Shown one piece after another: positions 48,147 through 56,856 of a stretch of 64,000 bases of DNA. The position numbers and the translations under genes were made by a program. Position 1 is the first letter of the stretch; the number at the start of each line of letters is the position of its first letter. The notes beneath the pieces were generated by a model. The model had not been told where the DNA came from. It did no database searches and saw only the letters and a program-made list of their open reading frames with translations. Origin of the DNA: Poseidonia sp. (lineage in GTDB: Archaea > Thermoplasmatota > Poseidoniia > Poseidoniales > Poseidoniaceae); contig JAUREJ010000003.1 in NCBI GenBank assembly GCA_030827475.1, positions 6,648-70,647 of the forward strand. The letters run 5' to 3'.

Positions 48147-49919
48147 ATGGCGGATGTCTTGGGGCGCACGGTTTTGTCCCGACACCGCTACGCTCGAGTT
48201 TGGGGTTTGGGTGACCGGAAACAACCAAGTTCTCAAACGCCGGGTGTCGTGCTTCTTGAGGGCGACCCGTCGTTGCCGTTGAATTACGCTCCGTTTGAAT
48301 CCACCACCACCGCAACGCTTCCAGCGACCCTCGACCTCCATGCACGGGGCCCGTTTTCGCCTCCTCATTTCACAGAGATTCAGCCCCATTACAGCGTTTC
48401 GATCGGTCACGTCTTGCCCCCCTCCCTTGAAGATGCAAACGCAGGTGAACCTCAGGGCACCAGCGAACTCTTGCCTGTCTCCTGGCAGCGTATGCACCAC
48501 GACGCATCGCTCATTGACGCCACCCTCTCCCCCGAAATTGTGGTCTTGACCGATGCGATCCAACTCGCCAGTCAGCCGGGGAAACTCCCTTCTGCGATCA
48601 TCGCCCTCAAACACCGGTTCCCAGGAGCGCTGCTGTGGGCTCCTGGTCTTGGCGGTCCGGACAACCTTGCTGCTCTTGTTCACATGGGTGTCGATTTGGT
48701 TGACCTTGCCCGTTGTCACCAAGCGGTGGCTCTCGGCATGGTCCTCACCCAAAACGGGCCTCGTCCACCGCTCGCTCACGAAGACACGAACCTTGAGACT
48801 CAAGCCTACCACATGATGAAGGCCATCGATGAAGTTCGCTCTTCCGTCATCAACGGGAGCATCCAAACGCTGGCGGTCCGCTCGTCGTTGTCCAGCCCAC
48901 GCTTGGTTGAGCACCTTCGCAAACACCAGGCACAAAGCTCAGTCCAACCCGGCTTGCTTTCCTCACATGTTGACGCATCGGACGTTCTGGAGTGTTTCTC
49001 GCCCCACATGCTCGACGACCCGGTGGTCATCGACTGGGAACGTTTCATCACAGAGGCGTACACGCCGCCAAATCCGGTTCGTGAGGTGATGATTTTTCTG
49101 CCATGTTCGGCAAGGAAGCCGTATCGCCTCTCCAAATCCCATACCCAGTTTTTGCGAGCCATCCAATCCACGGGTTGTCACGAGGTGATGATGACCTCAC
49201 CGCTTGGTCTCGTCCCTCGCGACTTGGAAGATGTTTGGCCCGCAGCAAATTACGATGTTCCGGTGACCGGGGACTGGTCCAAGGATGAACTTGACAGGGT
49301 ACGACGCATGCTGTCTGCCCTGGTCAAGAAAGGCGGTTACAAACGCATCATCAACCACACAGGGATGGAATTGGATTTCTTGGACATTGACGTGGTTGAC
49401 ACCCGGAACGGTGACGGAGCCACGCATCACGATGCGCTGCAACGTCTCACCTCCGCTGTCAAGGACGCGGTCCAGATGTTTGAACTTCGCAACCAAAAAA
49501 ACAGTTACCGCTTGCTTGAACACTTCAAAAGTATCGCTCGGAAAACCACGGGGACGGATGCATGGCTTGAGGGGGTGAAGGTCAAAGGCAAACTCCCACG
49601 GTGGAAACTTGAGAAAGACGGGGTTCAACTCGCCGTTTGGTCGATTGACCGCAACGGGTTCTCGTTCTCGCGCGCATCCATCGATGTTCTCCATGAACAC
49701 GGTGCGCTCAAAGAAGTGCATCTTCACTCGGACGTGAAATGGAAGGGGGACGTTTTTTTCCAACATGTTTCATCTTTTGACGCTGAAATCCGCTCGGGTG
49801 ATGATGTTCGAGTGCTGCAAAACGGTGAATGCATTGGCCTTGCAAGGTCACTCGCACCGGGTTGGGAATGGTCGGGGACGCCGGGGATGCTGGCCAAGGC
49901 CCATCAACGGAAGAAATAA
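48147..49919 (+). CDS. arcS: Archaeosine synthase alpha subunit (ArcS/TgtA2; TGT-like + DUF5591 + PUA)
   Basis: FLPCSARKPYRLSKSH, TSPLGLVPRDLE, PAANYDVPVTGDW, C-terminal PUA-like domain. Confidence 0.88.
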   Translation: MADVLGRTVLSRHRYARVWGLGDRKQPSSQTPGVVLLEGDPSLPLNYAPFESTTTATLPATLDLHARGPFSPPHFTEIQPHYSVSIGHVLPPSLEDANAGEPQGTSELLPVSWQRMHHDASLIDATLSPEIVVLTDAIQLASQPGKLPSAIIALKHRFPGALLWAPGLGGPDNLAALVHMGVDLVDLARCHQAVALGMVLTQNGPRPPLAHEDTNLETQAYHMMKAIDEVRSSVINGSIQTLAVRSSLSSPRLVEHLRKHQAQSSVQPGLLSSHVDASDVLECFSPHMLDDPVVIDWERFITEAYTPPNPVREVMIFLPCSARKPYRLSKSHTQFLRAIQSTGCHEVMMTSPLGLVPRDLEDVWPAANYDVPVTGDWSKDELDRVRRMLSALVKKGGYKRIINHTGMELDFLDIDVVDTRNGDGATHHDALQRLTSAVKDAVQMFELRNQKNSYRLLEHFKSIARKTTGTDAWLEGVKVKGKLPRWKLEKDGVQLAVWSIDRNGFSFSRASIDVLHEHGALKEVHLHSDVKWKGDVFFQHVSSFDAEIRSGDDVRVLQNGECIGLARSLAPGWEWSGTPGMLAKAHQRKK

Positions 49920-49998
49920 TCCTCCTGAAAGCAACGCCGCTCGTTTGCGGAGTGATTAAGAAGGGGAGATAAGTCGGAAGCCCGCTTGGTGATGTGAA

Positions 49999-50457
49999 AT
50001 GGCACGTATGTACAAGTCCCGACGAGGCCAAAGCGGCTCCTCCCGACCCCACGTTTCCGAGGCACCTTCATGGTCAAACACCGACAAGGATGCCGTTCAG
50101 TCCCTCATTCTTGAAATGGGGAAATCCGGAATGTCCTCCGCAGAGATCGGGACGGTGCTGCGAGACAAGCACGCTGTCCCCGATGTTCGCCTTGTGCTCG
50201 GCAAGCGAATCGGCCAGGTCTTGGCTGAGAACGAAATGGGAGGTTCCTACCCAGAGGACATGATGAACCTGATGCGTCAAGCCGTCGGCATCATCAACCA
50301 TCTCGGTTCGGGCAACCACAAGGACATTCACAACAAGCGAGCGCTTGAAATCACCGAATCCAAGATTCGGAAACTCGCCAACTACTACAAGGGCGAAGGG
50401 CGCCTCCCGGGCGAATGGCGCTACAAGCGGGACGAACTCCGCTTGATGGTCGAGTGA
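49999..50457 (+). CDS. rps15: 30S ribosomal protein uS15 (archaeal S15/S13e)
   Basis: MARMYKSRRGQSGSSRP, IGTVLRD, PEDMMNL, ESKIRKLANYYK. Confidence 0.97.
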   Translation: MARMYKSRRGQSGSSRPHVSEAPSWSNTDKDAVQSLILEMGKSGMSSAEIGTVLRDKHAVPDVRLVLGKRIGQVLAENEMGGSYPEDMMNLMRQAVGIINHLGSGNHKDIHNKRALEITESKIRKLANYYKGEGRLPGEWRYKRDELRLMVE

Positions 50458-50518
50458 CTTCGGCGCTACGCGAAGGACACGTTGATGAGGGGCGACACGC
50501 CCCGTGGATTTGTTCAAC

Positions 50519-51442
50519 ATGAGAGATTTGTTCTCGGCACCGTTCATTCAACCCGTCTCGGGATTGCTTCATCGGTACCTCGAACGGCTTCAAGCGGCTG
50601 ATGCTCTCCAACTGAGCGCTCCGGCGACCTTGGAGGGTGTGCTTGCACTCGGGCAACTCGAGGGGGCCCTCCTGGATTGTGGCGTCAAGTACAGCCGCCG
50701 ATTCACTGCACCTCGTGAACATGTCCCACGAGATGACTGGGGCCTCCCAGAACCCCCTCAGCAAGGTCTCGGGGTCTTTCTCAATGTCGAAGACGACACG
50801 TGGTCGGCCAGCGATCTTCCCGAGGGGGCTTTGGTAAACATCGTTCCCGTTCAAACCAAGATGGTCTTCGCCTCCAAAAACAAGCCGCACACAGGGGCGC
50901 TTGACCCGGTTCTTCAGGCTGCTGCTTTGGCTGCAGCTCTCGCTCCAAACGGACGACGAGTGCGTTCTTTGCGCCCATTTATCTCGCTTGGTTTGTGGAT
51001 GCGAGGTGCCCTTGACACGAGTTACGACCCCATTCATTCAGCCACGGTCGCTCATCTCCAGGATGAAGGCAGCATACGAACCGTTCCTCTTCCTGAAGTG
51101 GGTGAACCGGTTGTGGACATGATGCCCGGGATGGCTTCCCGCCAACTCAAACGCTTGAGCAAAGCATGGGACGGGATGGACGTCGACCAGCGCACATTGG
51201 CCCTGAGCGAGTTGGTTCTGCCTTGCTTGACCCATCCGAGACTGTCCACACCTCGTCTTGAGGAATTGGTGTGGCACCGGATGGTTCTCAAGGGGCACCC
51301 GCAAGATGTGGTGAGTCAGGCCTATGAGGTGCAAAAATCATGGCCGAAAGAACTCGATGAGGCCCGGCTCTTCGCCTCAAAAACACTCGATTCATGGCTG
51401 CGAACGGGCATGCTGATGTCCTCTGACCAAGCGACGGGTTGA
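50519..51442 (+). CDS. Hypothetical protein, possibly a degenerate DHH/RecJ-like phosphoesterase
   Basis: Lies directly after rps15. The N-terminus resembles the first DHH strand-helix, but the acidic and His motifs are absent. Confidence 0.5.
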   Translation: MRDLFSAPFIQPVSGLLHRYLERLQAADALQLSAPATLEGVLALGQLEGALLDCGVKYSRRFTAPREHVPRDDWGLPEPPQQGLGVFLNVEDDTWSASDLPEGALVNIVPVQTKMVFASKNKPHTGALDPVLQAAALAAALAPNGRRVRSLRPFISLGLWMRGALDTSYDPIHSATVAHLQDEGSIRTVPLPEVGEPVVDMMPGMASRQLKRLSKAWDGMDVDQRTLALSELVLPCLTHPRLSTPRLEELVWHRMVLKGHPQDVVSQAYEVQKSWPKELDEARLFASKTLDSWLRTGMLMSSDQATG

Positions 51443-51467
51443 AGCCACCTTGGGCCTTGGGTCAGTC

Positions 51468-51818
51468 ATGGCGATTGAACGGTTGTTGACCGGAAGCATC
51501 CAAAACCAAATCCAAGAGTTGATGTCGACCGAGGATTTGGTCATCGAGGCGTTCCGTGACTTGGTGAAGGATGAACTCAAAGCCCATATCAGGGCAAAGG
51601 TGGACGATGACCCTGACCTGAAGGCCGAAATCAAAGAGGCCGTTGCTTACTATTTCCACTCAAAGGCGCGTAGCATTTACGCAGAGCTGAAAGCCACGAG
51701 AGCTGCAACCCGACTCGGCCTGCGCTTGCTTCCTGATGAACTGCAAGGCGAAGTTGGCGAGGCCTTGGTCACCTTGTTCGAAAAGGAACTCGGAGCCCTC
51801 CTCGAAAAAGCACTTTGA
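51468..51818 (+). CDS. Small helical hypothetical protein
   Basis: 116-aa charged, all-helical-looking ORF; TTGAAG 29 nt upstream of the ATG. Confidence 0.8.
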   Translation: MAIERLLTGSIQNQIQELMSTEDLVIEAFRDLVKDELKAHIRAKVDDDPDLKAEIKEAVAYYFHSKARSIYAELKATRAATRLGLRLLPDELQGEVGEALVTLFEKELGALLEKAL

Positions 51819-51883
51819 GGCACATCAACTCACCGTGAGGCGTTCATGTTATGTGCCGGTCGTCCGTGGAATGGGCGAGAGCC

Positions 51884-53905
51884 ATGCGTGGTGCCGTCCT
51901 TCTCAGTTCGCTGTTTGTCTTGACAGCGTTGCTGCCGTTGGTGCAAACGGTCGAAGCGGCTGAAACGGAAGACATCCGTGTTTGTTGCGATGCATCCGAA
52001 GTCGAACTCTATCTCTTGGGCAACGATGCCAACAAAAAACTCACGCCGTTCGCCTCAGAACTTGCAGAAGAGGCCCAAACGGTGTCCCTTGAAACCTCGA
52101 TTTCATCTCAAGAAAGTCTCGGCCGATGGGTTCTTCCAGACACGTGGGGCGGGCTCATCCCCACGGCAACTTGGCAGTTCCAGATGAACTACGAGATCAC
52201 AAACGCCGCTGGAGTCCAAATCAACGCAACGGCCACCGTCAATATCGGGTCAAAGAGCTTTAGCGCCCAAACCGACCCAGGCGCATCTTTCCTGCCACAA
52301 GGGACGGGGGTTCTGAGTTTTGACATTGAAGTGGATGAATTGACCACCTCGGGCTCTTCCAACATCGAATTGGAACTCACGGCACAGGCCGTCGTTTTCA
52401 GCGTCCCAGGGGCCGATGCAAAGTTGGAATTTTTGTGGGGTGGTGAAGACGACGCCTCTTCCATTGAGGCAACGATTCCGCTGATGGACATCATGATGCC
52501 CGAGCCAGAAATCGAGGGCTCGGACGTCTACTTGGCGGTCCTTCTTGACTCACCTTGGGGCCTCTCTACCCTTGCCCTTGCCGAATCCATTGACCTCCGT
52601 GTGAACGGGAAAACGGTCAGCGGTGACCCCATTGAGACCGGTTCAAACGACGCCGTGCGCGTGACGTGGACATGGATGGATGCCGCTGGTGGTGAAGAAA
52701 CGATCAACGTTGAAGTTGAGTTGCTTTTCCAACAAGGCAAACCTTCGCTGAAAGGGTCGACTTCCTTTGATATCGAGACGTTTGATTCCGGTGGTGGTAC
52801 GGGCACCTACTATCCGCCCGATGAACCTCTCCGAACCGACGGCAGCGGGAGCGAATTGGACGTGGAGATGAACATCGCTTTGAGCAACGATGGGAACGGT
52901 TTACTCCTTGAACGTATCACCAGTTTGACGATCGATGATGAGTTGGCTTTCTGGATGCGGTGGGGAATGGACCACATCGGTGATGACAACCCTGCCCTCT
53001 CTTCCATGCTTCGTGCGTTTTCAGCCGGCCCGGTAACTGACGATGACCGTGTAAGCCGGTTCATTGAGGACGTTGAACTCGCTGAGTTTGAACGGCAGAT
53101 GATTTCCTTGGGGCCGATGTACCTCAACGCTGGATTGGGCCTTGAGACCGAAGAATTGCTCGGTGATTTCCGAGAGTTCAACGAAGTCAGAATCGAGGTT
53201 GACCTCAACGGAGAAAACGCCGTCATCAATCACCCCGTTACCTTGCGATTCTCCACGACACAACTCATCACGGACGGGGTGCGTTTTGACCTCCTTCGAA
53301 ATTTCGTGGTGGTGCAACCCGCACCGCTTTGGAGTGGAATCGACATTGAAGTTACGGCAACCTCCAATTCCATGACGGCGCTGAGCAGCAGCATTCTACG
53401 CGAATCCGATGCGTTCGAATTCTCGGTGGTTCGTTTTCCTTGGGGCGACCGAATATCGTTGAGCGGAGATGGCATTGAACAGGGTGAAAAATTCACGTTG
53501 GCCACCCTACCGACCTCTTCCATCGCTTTTGCACCGCTTTCCCTGACGGCGCTGACGATTGCAGCTCTCTTCGCCTCCTTCGTCATTGGGTTGCGCTTGA
53601 CGCGTCAGCGGCGACGGACCTACCTCTATCTCGAACTCGTCCTCGTTCCCGTGGCACTGATGGTGACCATCTTCGGGTATCCTCCACTGTTCATCGGCAT
53701 TGCCTTGGGCGTCGTTTCCTTCGTGTGGTGGGTCACGGCCATTGCCAGTCCTCGGATGATTGGCGGCCGTCCTCCTCGCTCTCAGCAGGTGCATCCGACG
53801 GTGCCGTGTCCGGCCTGCCATACCGTAAATGCGGTTACCACAACGGAACGACCCCATCGCTTTGCCTGCAAAGGATGTCAGCGGACCATCAAATTGGTTG
53901 CTTGA
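51884..53905 (+). CDS. Secreted/membrane protein with ~3 C-terminal TM helices and a terminal zinc ribbon
   Basis: Signal peptide MRGAVLLSSLFVLTALLPLV; acidic ectodomain; TMs; CPAC...CKGC. Confidence 0.8.
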   Translation: MRGAVLLSSLFVLTALLPLVQTVEAAETEDIRVCCDASEVELYLLGNDANKKLTPFASELAEEAQTVSLETSISSQESLGRWVLPDTWGGLIPTATWQFQMNYEITNAAGVQINATATVNIGSKSFSAQTDPGASFLPQGTGVLSFDIEVDELTTSGSSNIELELTAQAVVFSVPGADAKLEFLWGGEDDASSIEATIPLMDIMMPEPEIEGSDVYLAVLLDSPWGLSTLALAESIDLRVNGKTVSGDPIETGSNDAVRVTWTWMDAAGGEETINVEVELLFQQGKPSLKGSTSFDIETFDSGGGTGTYYPPDEPLRTDGSGSELDVEMNIALSNDGNGLLLERITSLTIDDELAFWMRWGMDHIGDDNPALSSMLRAFSAGPVTDDDRVSRFIEDVELAEFERQMISLGPMYLNAGLGLETEELLGDFREFNEVRIEVDLNGENAVINHPVTLRFSTTQLITDGVRFDLLRNFVVVQPAPLWSGIDIEVTATSNSMTALSSSILRESDAFEFSVVRFPWGDRISLSGDGIEQGEKFTLATLPTSSIAFAPLSLTALTIAALFASFVIGLRLTRQRRRTYLYLELVLVPVALMVTIFGYPPLFIGIALGVVSFVWWVTAIASPRMIGGRPPRSQQVHPTVPCPACHTVNAVTTTERPHRFACKGCQRTIKLVA

Positions 53906-54316
53906 TCACAATCTCAAATCTTTGAGGTTCTTCACGAGTTGAACCGCTTCTTGATAGTCGCCCGGCGAAAAATAGCCGATGAATTCGTCGTTATCGTCCA
54001 CCGCTACTACCGCTTGTGGGCTACGTGCCTGCACATCCGCAAGAACGGCTTTCAGGTCGTCATCCAAACGGACGGTCATCAAATCCATCTCCATGTGTTC
54101 GTGGCATCGATCAGCGGTAGCATCAACGCCATCGGCCAAGGCTTTGACCAGTTGCCGTTGTCCAAGAACCCCTTGGACCCGGTTTTCATCGTTCAAGACC
54201 ACCAAGATCCCGCCAGGGACGGTCAGCAACCGCTTCGCAGCTTCCTGAACCGTATCGTCGCTACCGATGGTCATGTGTTCGTCGTCAAGCGTGAGGTCCC
54301 GCACGGTTTTGCCCAT
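53906..54316 (-). CDS. CBS domain pair protein
   Basis: TIGSDDTVQEAAKRL..LVVLNDENRVQGVL and TVRLDDDL..VAVDDNDEFIGYF. Confidence 0.85.
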   Translation of the reverse strand: MGKTVRDLTLDDEHMTIGSDDTVQEAAKRLLTVPGGILVVLNDENRVQGVLGQRQLVKALADGVDATADRCHEHMEMDLMTVRLDDDLKAVLADVQARSPQAVVAVDDNDEFIGYFSPGDYQEAVQLVKNLKDLRL

Positions 54317-54353
54317 GCCACGCGACAGGCGTTGGGCTCTTTGTAGGTTGGGC

Positions 54354-56081
54354 TCAGGGTTCGTCCGTTGTTTCATGGCACACCATCAGGCTACCGTCGT
54401 CCATGACACGGGCGTAGCCGATTCGTTCCAACTGAACGATGGTTCCTGCTTCGTGCGTGTGGTGCTCAAGTTGACCGCTGATTCGTTGAATCTGGTTATT
54501 CTTCGTTTCCAAGAGAATTCCTTCGCTGGCGTGAGAAGCAGGCAACCAGTGGATCACCGGATGCGAATGGTGGCGCTCGATGGACGTGATGCGGGCTTCA
54601 TTGTCGTGGAGTTCCACATCGGCGAATTCCTTCAAACGGACATCCATTTTTTCTATGTCATCGGCCTCAAGCCAAACTGCATTTTCGCTAAATTTCCAAG
54701 TTCGCCATCCCATCGTTTGGTGGTTGGGGTGAACCGGGACCTTGACCTCGGTTGGATGTTCACCTTCAAGTTTGAAGGCCACGGCATTCCTTACGAAAGA
54801 AAGACGTGGTGCGTCGTCGTCAACCGCTTTCGTGTTGTGTGCGTAAAGGGTCGCCAACGGTACGGAAATGTCTTTTTGTGTGATGCCGAGTTCAAGCCAA
54901 AATTGTTCGAGAGCCTTGGCTTGGATGCCTCGGTCCTTGAGCGCCGAAAGCGTGGGAAGCCTTGGGTCGTTCCACCCATCGTAACGACCTGCTTCAATGT
55001 CCTTGCGCATCTGTGAGGTGGAAAAACCACCCCATTCGTGGACCTTGACTCTTCCCCAATACAAGGTTTCGGGGTATTTCCACCCGAAGTGTTCGTAAAG
55101 CAAGGTTTGCTTTCGGGTGGAGTCCATCAAATCCTTCCCTCGCACGATGTGCGTGACGCCCTGGAGATGGTCCTCCACTGCACTTTGGAAGTCCAAGAGG
55201 GGCCAAACGTCGTAGGTCGACCCAACTTCTGGTCGAGGATGAGGGTGGGCCTTCGTGTCTTGTATCCTCAATGCAGGCCAATCCCTTAACGCCGGATTCT
55301 TCAGATCCATTTCGGTTTTCACCCGAACAACTGCATCTCCGGGCTTGTATGCGCCTTTCAGCATGCCTTTCCACAGGGTCAGGTTGTCCGAAGGGCTCTG
55401 ATCTCGGCACGGGCAATTCGTCTTCGCTTGTCGGTGTTCTCTGAACGCGTCAGCCGAGCAACGGCAAACGTAGCCGAATCCATTCTCCAACATTTGCTCA
55501 GCGTGTTTGTAATAGTGCTCCAATCGGTCGGATGCGATGACCACCCGGTCCGGTGCCCGCCCTGTCAACCAAGTCGCCTCTTCCACGATTTGTTCGTAAG
55601 CCTCCAACATGGGCGGCTTGACTTTCGTGTCCGTATCGTCAAAGCGGAGAATGAAGACACCATCGTACATTTCCCGGTAGGTGTTGTTGATGACAAGACC
55701 ACGAGCATGGCCGAAGGACAACGGACCGTTCGGATTGGGTGCAAAACGCAGAACAACCTCACCTTGGGTCGCGTTGGTGAGTTCTGTTAGGCCTTCTTTT
55801 CGTGGCTTCGTTGACCGCTTTTCCAGCAGATGAGGTGCTTCGTTTTCGAGAATGGAACGAAGGTGATCCAATCCTCTTGTTTCTGCGAGTTGGTTGGCCT
55901 CCGAAACCCGTTGAGCGACCAACCCGTTGACGGCCTTTCCGTGGGGCCGAAGATCGCTTCGTGTTGCCATGATGCGTCCAATCACGGAACCCACGGCCGC
56001 CTTTCCTTCATACTCCAGAGCGTTTTGGATGGCCAAGTGGCGGATGACGGCCTCCGTTGCTTCATCGGGTTTCCAATCCAT
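54354..56081 (-). CDS. gltX: Glutamate--tRNA ligase (archaeal type)
   Basis: RFAPNPNGPLSFGHAR, LRFDDTD, CRC..CPCR, HIVRGKD, WNDPRLPTL, QLERIGY. Confidence 0.96.
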   Translation of the reverse strand: MDWKPDEATEAVIRHLAIQNALEYEGKAAVGSVIGRIMATRSDLRPHGKAVNGLVAQRVSEANQLAETRGLDHLRSILENEAPHLLEKRSTKPRKEGLTELTNATQGEVVLRFAPNPNGPLSFGHARGLVINNTYREMYDGVFILRFDDTDTKVKPPMLEAYEQIVEEATWLTGRAPDRVVIASDRLEHYYKHAEQMLENGFGYVCRCSADAFREHRQAKTNCPCRDQSPSDNLTLWKGMLKGAYKPGDAVVRVKTEMDLKNPALRDWPALRIQDTKAHPHPRPEVGSTYDVWPLLDFQSAVEDHLQGVTHIVRGKDLMDSTRKQTLLYEHFGWKYPETLYWGRVKVHEWGGFSTSQMRKDIEAGRYDGWNDPRLPTLSALKDRGIQAKALEQFWLELGITQKDISVPLATLYAHNTKAVDDDAPRLSFVRNAVAFKLEGEHPTEVKVPVHPNHQTMGWRTWKFSENAVWLEADDIEKMDVRLKEFADVELHDNEARITSIERHHSHPVIHWLPASHASEGILLETKNNQIQRISGQLEHHTHEAGTIVQLERIGYARVMDDGSLMVCHETTDEP

Positions 56082-56110
56082 GCCGTTCACTCCTGCGTGG
56101 TGCCGCCCCT

Positions 56111-56854
56111 TCAAGTAATGCGTGGGCGGGTGTCATCAAACAACGTTCGCTGGTGGGTCTGAGGTTTCCCCCGTACGGGAACATGACCTGCTCGGTTCGT
56201 TTCCCAAAACCGCTTGACTGTCGCCCACCCCCAGCGGAGATCAACATCAAGACCGGTTTGAGGGCAGAGGTCGGGAAGCGCGCGTTGCGTTGTGGGGTCG
56301 CTTGGATACCCCGAGCCGATTGCGAAACCAAGCCGTTCTTCGATGGCATTGACGGCACGTTCTCTCGCTTCTTTTGCGAGGATGCTGGCCATGCTTACGA
56401 CGACATGCCGTTCGTCGGCTTTGTGCTCTGCTCGTACCGTTGAGTTCGTCCAGGGCCAATCCGGTAAACCGTCCACAATGCGTCGAGCGAAGCGTTCGCT
56501 GTTCACATCGCACGCATCCGCCATGACAGAAAGGTCTGAGCGTTGCGGCAGCAAAAGCAGTGCTTCTTGAAATCCTTGTACTTCGAGAAGATTGAGACTT
56601 ATTTCTCGCATGGCGAGGTCGATTCGCTCAGCAGAAAGGGTGATGACTCCACCAAACCATCCGCGCTCCTCGCTTTCTTTGGTGAACCAGTCTTCAAGTT
56701 CCCGCCTTTTTTTGGGCGAGAGGTCTTTGGAATCGCGAACTCCTTGTTCTTTTAATAAGGCAAGATCGCCCTCTGGGATTGCACATACACCTACCATGAG
56801 AGGTCCGAGAACCGGGCCTCTACCGGCCTCGTCCACGCCTACATGCCAGTTCAT
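56111..56854 (-). CDS. rnhB: Ribonuclease HII
   Basis: GVDEAGRGPVLGP, RDSKDL, DACD, HKAD, SMASILAK, GSGYPSDP. Confidence 0.96.
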   Translation of the reverse strand: MNWHVGVDEAGRGPVLGPLMVGVCAIPEGDLALLKEQGVRDSKDLSPKKRRELEDWFTKESEERGWFGGVITLSAERIDLAMREISLNLLEVQGFQEALLLLPQRSDLSVMADACDVNSERFARRIVDGLPDWPWTNSTVRAEHKADERHVVVSMASILAKEARERAVNAIEERLGFAIGSGYPSDPTTQRALPDLCPQTGLDVDLRWGWATVKRFWETNRAGHVPVRGKPQTHQRTLFDDTRPRIT

Positions 56855-56856
56855 GC

